A stretch of 64,000 bases of DNA from Ignavibacteriota bacterium (GTDB lineage Bacteria > Bacteroidota > Ignavibacteria > UBA10030 > UBA6906), in NCBI GenBank assembly GCA_963801355.1, contig CAWDEM010000008.1:1888001-1952000 (forward strand). Reading direction: 5' to 3'. The translations under genes were made by a program, and so were the position numbers. This document shows, in pieces, positions 1-7,809 of this stretch. Each line of letters begins with the position of its first letter. Within the stretch, counting starts at the first letter, position 1. The notes below the pieces were generated by a model. That model worked only from the letters and a program-made list of their open reading frames with translations, was not told the DNA's origin and did no database searches.

Positions 1-327
1 CAGGCTCATCGGGCAGCGAATGTCGAGAACCTCACTTTTCCCCACCCACCACACACTACGTATGGTTTGCGTCCTCGCTCTGCATTTTGCATTTTACGTT
101 GTGCGCTATTCCATAATCCTAACCACCCTCGATGCACACTGATCTCGCATTACAGGATTTCCCCCAACACGAGGAATCCTGAGTGCCGGCTTCAGACTCA
201 GGAGAAGACGTACTCATCTGTGTTCTGATGGCCAATTTCCGTTTTGCGACAATGCAGGCAGCTTTCACACTTCTCTGTCTGTGACAACTACCGTTTAGAG
301 AATTTTCATAAATGAGCGCTAAAGAAA

Positions 328-1479
328 ATGACAGAAAACCGCATTCGCCTAACCCGCCAGGAACTCTACGACAGAGTCTGGTCCACTCCGATCTCTCGTA
401 TCGCGAAAGAATTTCGGCTCTCTGATGTCGGAATGTCAAAGATCTGCAAGCGCCACCAGATCCCAAGACCCGGCCTGGGTTACTGGGCACGAATTGCTCA
501 TGGCCAGAAGCCAAATCGAGAGCCTCTGCCGCCTGCAAAACCAGGGGATTCAGAGATCATTGAGATCACCGTCGATCTGAGCAAATCAGAGGGTTCAAAC
601 GCAGACAAGTTCGAAGACACAAAAGCCGAGCTTGAAAGGATTCGAAACCTACCGCAACCAGTGGTTGACATGTCATCCCGACACCTGAAACATCCTATGA
701 TACAAGCACTGCAGAAGATCCGTCGCGAGAAGAAGCCTTCTCAAGAAGGCGAACTCTCAGAGGCCAACCGGAATCTGCCCAACCTCACGGTAGCGGCAGG
801 TAGCTGGGATCGTGCAATCAGGATTCTGGATGCGATATTCACATACGCAGAGAAGATTGGATATGTTATAGCTGTTGAAGAAGAGGAAGGGACATTCATA
901 CGTGTTCTGGGGGAGAATATCCAGATCCGTCTGAGGGAGACACTGAAAAGGAAGCCAAGGGTTCCTGCCTCTGGCACATTGGCGTCCTATGAGCCCAAAT
1001 TCGACTATGTACCAAGCGGAATCTTGTGCTTTTCGATCACAAACCTGTTTTCGAAAGCAGGCGCACAAACCGAATGGTCCGATACCCAGATATCAAGACT
1101 CGAGGATCGTCTGGCGGAGATATTCGAAGGACTAGTTGAAGCAGCCGCAAGATTCCGCGTTTGGCATCTTGATCTAGCACAGATGCACAGCCGATATCAG
1201 GAGGATGAACGCCTGAGAATCGAGAGGGAAGAGAGAAGCAGGCGGGAAAAAACACAGTTGGAGAAACTCCTCATCGAAGCCAACAGCTGGCACAAGGCAG
1301 GGTTGATTCGAGCATACGTCCAGGCAAGGCGTGAGGCCGAGATCAGAAAGAACGGTGAAATCACGCCGGCAAGCGACTCTGCCCGATGGTTTGAGGAAGC
1401 ATTGGCAATTGCCGATAGAATCGACCCCCTCCTCAACAGGGCGTCACAGGGAGAGGATGAGAAGGACTCAAGCGATTGA
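328..1479 (+). CDS. Hypothetical protein with N-terminal HTH-like motif, typical of integrative-element cargo
   Basis: 383-aa ORF. N-terminus LTRQELYDRVWSTPISRIAKEFRLSDVGMSKICKRHQIPRPGLGYWA resembles a widespread island-associated hypothetical family; charged coiled-coil C-terminus. Confidence 0.75.
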   Translation: MTENRIRLTRQELYDRVWSTPISRIAKEFRLSDVGMSKICKRHQIPRPGLGYWARIAHGQKPNREPLPPAKPGDSEIIEITVDLSKSEGSNADKFEDTKAELERIRNLPQPVVDMSSRHLKHPMIQALQKIRREKKPSQEGELSEANRNLPNLTVAAGSWDRAIRILDAIFTYAEKIGYVIAVEEEEGTFIRVLGENIQIRLRETLKRKPRVPASGTLASYEPKFDYVPSGILCFSITNLFSKAGAQTEWSDTQISRLEDRLAEIFEGLVEAAARFRVWHLDLAQMHSRYQEDERLRIEREERSRREKTQLEKLLIEANSWHKAGLIRAYVQARREAEIRKNGEITPASDSARWFEEALAIADRIDPLLNRASQGEDEKDSSD

Positions 1480-1620
1480 TTGCCTCCAGAGGCCTTGTCG
1501 CGCACCGGCGTGTGTTCTTTGGAGAGGACAGGGGTACTAAACTCCGTCGATCTCGACGGCGTATCAGCATAAGAACAAGAGCTGCCGAACGAGTTCCGTT
1601 TGACTCCTTGCACCTTGCCC

Positions 1621-1773
1621 TTTTTCGTGGGGCGGGGGGATTTGAATCCCCGGCCTCTTGCTCCCGAAGATTGCGGCAATCTCGGAATCCAGCGAAATGA
1701 GGCCAGTTTTGCAGATTTGAATTACATGGAGTGCATTGAATTACACAAATCGCCTACAATCTGTCTACAGTGA
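1621..1773 (-). repeat. att-like direct repeat copy 1 (tRNA-Pro 3' half plus arm-like sites)
   Basis: Minus strand TTCGGGAGCAAGAGGCCGGGGATTCAAATCCCCCCGCCCCACG (1668-1626) is a tRNA-Pro anticodon-loop-to-acceptor half. It matches 6838-6991 with 6 substitutions and 1 indel by manual alignment. Confidence 0.85.
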
Positions 1774-1942
1774 CCAGAGCGAGAACAATCGATTCGCAGG
1801 CGCGAGATATATGATCGAGACAACCGCTGCAAGCTGAGCACCAATTATCCCGGATAGAATTTTGAAGGGACAGGTTCCTGTCACTCGACCTCCCATCTGC
1901 CACGCAAAAAAAATCAACGATGATCCCTGAAACATTCTCCCT

Positions 1943-2407
1943 TCACTTCGCCCGGGTCCAGGTCTCTGTCCTCCCAAGGAGAGGGATCAGGATGTACCCC
2001 CTCAACTCCATCGTGTTTTCGCTCACCAGCCTGAGCTTGCCGCGGTATTCTCCTCCGCCTTCGGGATCGTACACCCTCCCGTCCACCCAGACGCCATCCC
2101 CATCGTACACGAAGCCGTACACCATCTCCATACCCAGAATGGGCCGGCCGCGCAGTCGTTCGTCAGAATTCTGATCGTCAACTGCCGGCCTTCCATTCTT
2201 CTCGGGTTCTTTGAGCCAGACAATCTTGCCGAAGTACCTGTCGTCTGTCCTGTAGAGCGCGATACGTGCTTTGGCGTCGGCTGTAAGCCACTCGCCAAGT
2301 ATCCGATCGCCCTCGAGTGGAGTTTGCTGGCTCCAGGCGGGAGGTGCAGCCGACAAACATCCCGCAACCGCAAGGATGGAAAGAATTGATTGGGCGCACC
2401 GAGTCAT
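1943..2407 (-). CDS. DUF2147 family secreted protein
   Basis: Signal peptide, then ILGEWLT...YFGKIVWL...LRGRPILGM...GRVYDPEGG...LRGYILIPLLGRTETWTR; GAGG RBS before ATG at 2407. Confidence 0.85.
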   Translation of the reverse strand: MTRCAQSILSILAVAGCLSAAPPAWSQQTPLEGDRILGEWLTADAKARIALYRTDDRYFGKIVWLKEPEKNGRPAVDDQNSDERLRGRPILGMEMVYGFVYDGDGVWVDGRVYDPEGGGEYRGKLRLVSENTMELRGYILIPLLGRTETWTRAK

Positions 2408-2546
2408 CTTGATCCTCACACAAGGGAAATGCATTTTGACGAAGAATACAGAATCGGAGAGCCAATCGCAATTCGAGAGTGCGATTCGGTTGCACCCGTC
2501 AGAGAATTGGTGCATGTCTGCCGGTAAGGAGGACTTATTCCATCCC

Positions 2547-2882
2547 TTACGCCGCCTGTCTGTAATAGTTGTGATGTAGCCCACCCAGAACAGGACTCAT
2601 GCAAACAGCACCCCCTGTCTTGTCCGGTTCACCTGGCTTTGGTATCTGTTGCTCATTCCCCTGATGCGGTCGCTGACCATTGAAGAACAACTTGTCGTGT
2701 GTATCGAATTGGACCCGGTTCTTCCTCACTCTCTGCAGCAGGATATCGTTTTCCTTCTTAAGCACCGCGTTTTCAGAGAGGATGATCCTTTTTGACCGAA
2801 AGGCACGGAGAAAGAAACGGGGCATGGTGGCGAGGAAGATTATCATATCCACTCTGAAAGTGGGGTATGCTTTCCAGAGCAA
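2547..2882 (-). pseudogene. Internally deleted rve (integrase-core) transposase remnant
   Basis: N-terminal-type segment (SENAVLKKENDILLQR...DKLFF) is fused directly to the family C-terminus (RPHQG...PVLGGLHHNYYRQAA); the DDE core is absent. Confidence 0.65.
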
Positions 2883-3004
2883 AATATTGGCACTCTAAAG
2901 TCAGATGGAATAAGACGGCATGTTTAAGACAAAGTAAGCCTCGTCTCCGGTGTGTATATTGTCGTGTCAACGAACAGTATACCACCACCAGAGGGAGGCT
3001 TACC

Positions 3005-3565
3005 ATGCACAGCGAATTTACAAAAGTCCAGTTCACCGGTCAACATGTCTACGTCGGGATCGATGTCGCACAGAAAGGTTGGAGGATCTGCATCTATGTT
3101 GGTCAGTCGTATCATAAGCGCTTCTCACATGGGCCGGACCCGAAAGTCCTGGTCGAGCACCTGCACCGGAACTTTCCCGGCGCGATCTACCACACTGTTT
3201 ATGAGGCCGGCTACTGTGGCTTCTGGATCCACCGGGAGCTCACGAGACTGGGAGTCCACTCCATGGTGATCCACCCGGCCGATGTGCCGACCACCGACAA
3301 GGAGCGGCACACGAAGACCGATCGTGTAGATGCAGCCAAGCTTGCCTGGGCCTTGGCCAACGGTGGCCTCCGCGCGATCTACGTGCCGGAGCGCGTGGCC
3401 GAGGAAGACCGGATGCTCGTCCGCATGTGAGCCACCTTTGTCTGCAAGCAGACCCGTAAGAAGAACCAAATCAAGGCGCACCTTCGCTGCTTCGGCGAGC
3501 AGCTGCCTGAGGACATCACGGACCGGTATTGGTCGCGGGCCTACATCCAGTGGCTCGAGTCCCCC
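3005..3565 (+). pseudogene. IS110 family transposase, nonsense-interrupted and 3'-truncated
   Basis: DEDD motifs VGIDVAQK, YEAGYCG and KTDRVDA. In-frame TGA at 3428-3430; the same frame continues ATFVCKQTRKKNQIKAHL...YWSRAYIQWLES and then loses similarity. No C-terminal Tnp20 domain. Confidence 0.85.
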
Positions 3566-3792
3566 CTGCCCACACATGGACCAAGGGCAATCTATCTCCC
3601 ACTGTGGAGAATGTGACTCCTCGGATTCTAACTGTGCGCACCACCCTTTTCGCACGTCGACAAATCTCCTCTGCTCACTTCATGATCGCACAGAACATCG
3701 CACTCAACTCATGATCCATGATGGCAGTTTGCAGCGGATGGAATATTGAAGAGGCACACGGGGGTCTCAGCGAAACCTCATCGTACTCGATG

Positions 3793-6387
3793 TCACCCAT
3801 ATTTTGCCAAAAGAGCCTGAAACCTCGGATTGCTCCTAAGCGGATCATAGATCGGGTCGAGCCGGAGGATGGGCACGGTGATGTATTTGGGTGCCTGAAG
3901 CGACAAAAGAAATTCCAGTTTGTCAAGTGCAGCGTCAAGTTTGCCGACCATGATATAGACCTGGGCCAAGGCTATGACTGGCCATACACCATCAAGGGCA
4001 TCCGTTGAGAGCGGAAGGAGCTCCACCGTAAGCTGTGCCTCCCGAAGGGCCGCCTCCCTCTGTCCAAGACCAGCGCAGACAATCGCTCGAGCGCGGTGAA
4101 GTATCCAGTCATCGGGTCTTTTGGCAATTTGAGGTTCTAAGAACACCCGGGCAGAATCAAATGAGGCAAACGAGCGCACCGAATCCTTCATGAAGCGGTA
4201 GATGAGTCCTTTCATTGGGATCATTTCTTCAGCAAAGGTCGGGTATGAGGGTATATCTGCAGGTGAATGATCCAGCCGGTCCAATGCCGATTGATACTTT
4301 CGTTCGTAGATATCCAGCAGGGTCAGCATTTGCCAGGCTTGGTACTGTGTTGGGGCTCGCTCAAGCGTGCTCCGGCTCTTCTCTGTGTCACCGCGCCACA
4401 GAAGGTACGTGTGAGCCTTGTTCACGTACGCGTGACGCTGGTCAGGCAGAAGAGAAATGGAACGGTCGAAATACCCTTCAGCCTCGGGATATTTGCCGAG
4501 TAGCTTAAGCGTGCCACCAATTTCCCTCGCAAGGGCATCCGCTTGCGGCTCGAGTGCGAATGCCTTCTTGAGACCTTCTAGTGCTTGTTCAAATTTACCC
4601 TGCCGTCTCCAAATGTAGGCAACATCGGCAAGAACGCCGCTCGCATTCGGGAGTTTCCTTTTGGCAACGTCAAATGCCTGGAGTGCCCGCCCATAGTCCC
4701 GGTAGCCGTAGTAGTAGTAATATCCGAGCGCGTGGTATGCCTCCGGCAGGTCCGCTTGGAGTGCAAATGCACGGTCAAGACAGCGCTTGGCCATAGAGAG
4801 GCGTTCCTTTGTCCGGTCGTGACCTTGCCAGTAGTACAGTAGATGAGCGTGTGAGAGCGCCGCATAGGCCAAAGCGAAGGTAGTATCAAGCTCAACTGCA
4901 CGTTCGAACATTTCGATCGCCATCTTGATTTTGGGGCCTTCGATTCCGCCGAGGGACCGACCTCGGAGATATGCCTGATAAGCGTCAAGGTTCTTCGTTG
5001 GAACCGCTTCAATAGTGCGTTTCTCACCTTCGCCCAATACGATATTGAGAGAGGTTACTACTCGCATGGCGATATCGGTTTGGACGCTGAAGATATCATC
5101 GAGCGTCCGGTCGATGTTATCTGCCCAGAGATGGGTGTCGCCTTTGACCTGGATCAGCTGCGGGGTAATGCGGATCCTCTGGCTGCTCCCGGTCTTCACC
5201 CACCGGATGGTCCCTTCAAGGATATAGTCCACGCCGAGCTCTTGGGCAACCAGAGGAAGTGTCTTGGAGCTCTTCTTATACTGCATGGCACTCTGCCGTG
5301 AGATCACTCCAAGTGTGCTGATCGAACTCAGCCGTGAGGTAATCTCATCGGTGAGTCCATCAGCGAAGTACTCATCCTCGGCGGAGCCGAGATTCTCAAA
5401 GGGAAGGACCGCGATCATCTTCAGCCGAGAGGGTGATCCCTCTTGACGGGAGAGGAGAACATAAGCTACAAGAGCCAGAGCAACCAAGCCAGCGACAGTG
5501 CCGTACCAGAAGAGCCTTCTGTTTCTTCGGCGAGCTACGGTTGAACGCTGGGTTAGTGCACCAATCTGTGACGTAAATCTCGAACATGATCGAAGATCAA
5601 CCAGGACCTCATCCATGTGCTGGTACCGACCACGGGGATTTTTGGAAAGGCATTTCTGCACTACCCGATCCAGCTCCATCGGCACGCCTGTTCTAAGGGC
5701 CGTGATGGGCTCAGGCTCGGAGTTGAGGATGGAATACAACAGTGCATTCTCGTACTCCGCCTCGAAGGGTCGCTTTCCCGTGAGCATTTCATAGAGAACG
5801 ATGCCCAATGACCAAATATCAGTCCGGTGATCTGCCGGGTCTCCTCGCGCCTGCTCCGGGGACATATAAGCCGCGGTACCGAGCGTGGAGCCCGTCTTAG
5901 TCAGCATCGTTCTATTACTCAACTTGGCCAAACCGAAGTCCACAATCTTTACCACTCCCTCCGAAGTCACCATCACGTTGGCGGGCTTTATGTCCCTGTG
6001 GACGATCTCATGTTCGTGGGCTTTAGCGAGTCCCTGCGCGATCTGCATGGCTATCCCCACGGCCTCCTCGATCTTCAACGGCCCGCGCTCGATCTTCTTT
6101 TTGAGCGTCTCGCCTTCGTACAAATCCATGACGATGAACAACTGACCGTCGGGGGTTTCATCGATGTCATGAACATTGCAGATGTTGTTGTGTTGAAGCG
6201 AAGAGGCTGCCTGAGCTTCGTGTATGAACCGCTCTTTGGCTTCGGGATCAGTAGTAAGGGCCGGAGGGAGGAACTTGAGGGCGACGGTGCGTTTGAGGCG
6301 CGTGTCTTCGGCCTTGTAGACAACGCCCATGCCTCCGCCGCCAAGATGCTCAAGGATTCTGTAGCGGGAAACGAGTTTGCCGATCAT
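3793..6387 (-). CDS. Hanks-type Ser/Thr protein kinase with TM helix, TolB-like domain and TPR repeats
   Basis: GGGGMGVVY, VALK, HRDIKPAN, DFGLA and YMSPEQ motifs; TM segment; IAVLPFENL...YFADGLTDEI TolB-like motif; TPRs. Start set at MIGKLV. Confidence 0.92.
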   Translation of the reverse strand: MIGKLVSRYRILEHLGGGGMGVVYKAEDTRLKRTVALKFLPPALTTDPEAKERFIHEAQAASSLQHNNICNVHDIDETPDGQLFIVMDLYEGETLKKKIERGPLKIEEAVGIAMQIAQGLAKAHEHEIVHRDIKPANVMVTSEGVVKIVDFGLAKLSNRTMLTKTGSTLGTAAYMSPEQARGDPADHRTDIWSLGIVLYEMLTGKRPFEAEYENALLYSILNSEPEPITALRTGVPMELDRVVQKCLSKNPRGRYQHMDEVLVDLRSCSRFTSQIGALTQRSTVARRRNRRLFWYGTVAGLVALALVAYVLLSRQEGSPSRLKMIAVLPFENLGSAEDEYFADGLTDEITSRLSSISTLGVISRQSAMQYKKSSKTLPLVAQELGVDYILEGTIRWVKTGSSQRIRITPQLIQVKGDTHLWADNIDRTLDDIFSVQTDIAMRVVTSLNIVLGEGEKRTIEAVPTKNLDAYQAYLRGRSLGGIEGPKIKMAIEMFERAVELDTTFALAYAALSHAHLLYYWQGHDRTKERLSMAKRCLDRAFALQADLPEAYHALGYYYYYGYRDYGRALQAFDVAKRKLPNASGVLADVAYIWRRQGKFEQALEGLKKAFALEPQADALAREIGGTLKLLGKYPEAEGYFDRSISLLPDQRHAYVNKAHTYLLWRGDTEKSRSTLERAPTQYQAWQMLTLLDIYERKYQSALDRLDHSPADIPSYPTFAEEMIPMKGLIYRFMKDSVRSFASFDSARVFLEPQIAKRPDDWILHRARAIVCAGLGQREAALREAQLTVELLPLSTDALDGVWPVIALAQVYIMVGKLDAALDKLEFLLSLQAPKYITVPILRLDPIYDPLRSNPRFQALLAKYG

Positions 6388-6446
6388 GGGAAACCTACAC
6401 AGGCGTGTACTATCCCGACGGCACAAGGAACCAACGGTACGGCGGA

Positions 6447-6475
6447 ATAATACGGAAGGGGCGCACGATAGTCAA
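6447..6475 (-). promoter_or_regulatory. Sigma70-type promoter of kinase gene
   Basis: TTGACT-N17-TATTAT on the minus strand, ~60 nt upstream of the ATG. Confidence 0.6.
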
Positions 6476-6837
6476 ACAGCCGATTTCTACTGGGGCGATT
6501 GTCGCACACTGGGATCCGGAAATACGAAGGGATACACTCATACACTCAAAAGCCGCGACACCTTTGCGGCATCGCGGCTCGTCATCCCTCACAGCTGAGG
6601 CATGAAACCTTGCTCAGGTTTACAATTTCAAATCACAGCGTGGTCACCCTCACCATTTTCTTGCAGTGAATTCTGCTTTCTTCGTGCGGGATCTTGGCTC
6701 GGGGCCTCTTGGTCGCGGGCCAAGCGTCATCCCACACCTAGCGAAAACAGGGCACATTTGACCGATTATTGTGCACCAGGCGCACTAGAAAATACAGCCC
6801 ATGTACAGTCGCAGATCCAAGACGCCAAATAACCGCG

Positions 6838-6991
6838 TTTTTCGTCGGGGCGGGGGGATTTGAACCCCCGGCCTTTTGGTCCCGAAGATTGCGGCAATCT
6901 CGGAATCGAGCGAAATGAGGGCAGTTTTGCAGATTTGAATTACATGGAGAGCATTGAATTACACAAATCGCCTACAATCTGTCTACAGTGA
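6838..6991 (-). repeat. att-like direct repeat copy 2 (tRNA-Pro(CGG) 3' half plus arm-like sites)
   Basis: Minus strand TTCGGGACCAAAAGGCCGGGGGTTCAAATCCCCCCGCCCCGAC, preceded by arm-like TGTAGAC/TGTAGGC and TGTAATTCAA x2 repeats; no tRNA 5' half. Confidence 0.85.
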
Positions 6992-7314
6992 ATTCCGATG
7001 GGAGACACTTGACGTTGCTGGTTAAGATGCGGCTGTCCACTTGGGACGGTCACTATCGGCCTTGTAGATGACACCAACCCTACGCCGGAAAGGTCTTCGA
7101 GGATCCTTCCTCCTCAGGAAATGTACCGCCCTTCGCTCAAAACAAACCAGCTCACTCGACCCTTCCCTATCAACGAGTCCTTCGCCCACTCTATTCTCAC
7201 TTTTCGAATCGGTCCCCTGATCATTTGGCTAATGATGGAACTCTGGCTTGGATGGAATTTTGACGAGGGACAGCCCTTCCCAAGGGTACAATTACGGTAC
7301 AATCGTGTTCCCAC

Positions 7315-7345
7315 AAAAAAATCCCCTTTAGAATCAAGGGGATTT
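7315..7345 (-). terminator. Intrinsic terminator after tRNA-Asn
   Basis: AAATCCCCTT-GATTCTA-AAGGGGATTT hairpin followed by a T tract, immediately 3' of the tRNA. Confidence 0.75.
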
Positions 7346-7347
7346 CG

Positions 7348-7731
7348 CTCCGCGAGCAGGACTCGAACCTGCAACCCTGCGGTTACGGCATGCTCCCATG
7401 CTTTCGCATCGGTCCGGACTATCTCATCATCCTATGACTCGTCCTGCGTCGCAGGGGGTTCTTAGGATGCCGGGCGCTCGTGGGGCTTATTGGTGAGAAT
7501 CCTCATCCCCTAGTCTCTGCACGTTCCCCGCTACACATCTTCTCTTTGCGAGGCTTCGCTCAGGGTTGCCATGTCCCACGACAGTGAGATGTAGGGTTCC
7601 CTGAATTCACCCGGTTTTACACTCCCGATTACTCGAGAGCGCTGCTTTTCCTGCATGAACCTGCATATTTCCAAAGATCACGGCTCACACAGAGCTCACA
7701 GCCGCATGCTCTACCATTGAGCTATCGCGGA
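7348..7731 (-). tRNA. tRNA-Asn(GUU), split by a group I intron (exon 1 7731-7698, exon 2 7385-7348)
   Basis: Joined exons TCCGCGATAGCTCAATGGTAGAGCATGCGGCTGT|TAACCGCAGGGTTGCAGGTTCGAGTCCTGCTCGCGGAG form a 72-nt cloverleaf with loop CUGUUAA, U1-A72 pair and G73. Confidence 0.95.
7386..7697 (-). ncRNA. Group I intron (312 nt, no ORF) at tRNA position 35/36
   Basis: IGS GCAGC (7645-7641) pairs with exon GCUGU including the U.G wobble. P2 has a GUAA loop; P3 CCGGGUG/CGCCCGG; P/Q elements GAAUUCAGGGAA and GGCAACCCUGAGCGAAGC; R GCAGAGACUA; S GAUGAGAUAGUCC; P9 with GAAA loop; terminal G at 7386. Confidence 0.93.
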
Positions 7732-7740
7732 AAACATTTC

Positions 7741-7769
7741 AATATACCCATCCCCGGAGAAAATGTCAA
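7741..7769 (-). promoter_or_regulatory. Sigma70-type promoter of tRNA-Asn
   Basis: TTGACA-N17-TATATT ending ~10 nt upstream of the tRNA 5' end. Confidence 0.8.
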
Positions 7770-7809
7770 CAACAACAACACGAATCGAAAACCGGCCGGG
7801 ACCCGGTCC

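Noticed and set aside
3428-3430. In-frame TGA in the IS110 transposase as recoding (Sec/Trp)
   Set aside because: The position fits an Arg CGA-to-TGA mutation, the gene is also truncated, and TGA is the normal stop in many genes here.
6843-6991. tRNA-Pro fragments as functional, split or intron-containing tRNAs
   Set aside because: No 5' half or D-arm is visible in the window, the anticodon stem cannot form, and the adjacent sequence has no intron motifs.
7386-7699. Alternative reading as tRNA-Thr(CGU) with an intron after U33
   Set aside because: The intron would end in C rather than omega-G. The U.G P1 pairing and the U1-A72/G73 identity fit Asn spliced at 35/36.
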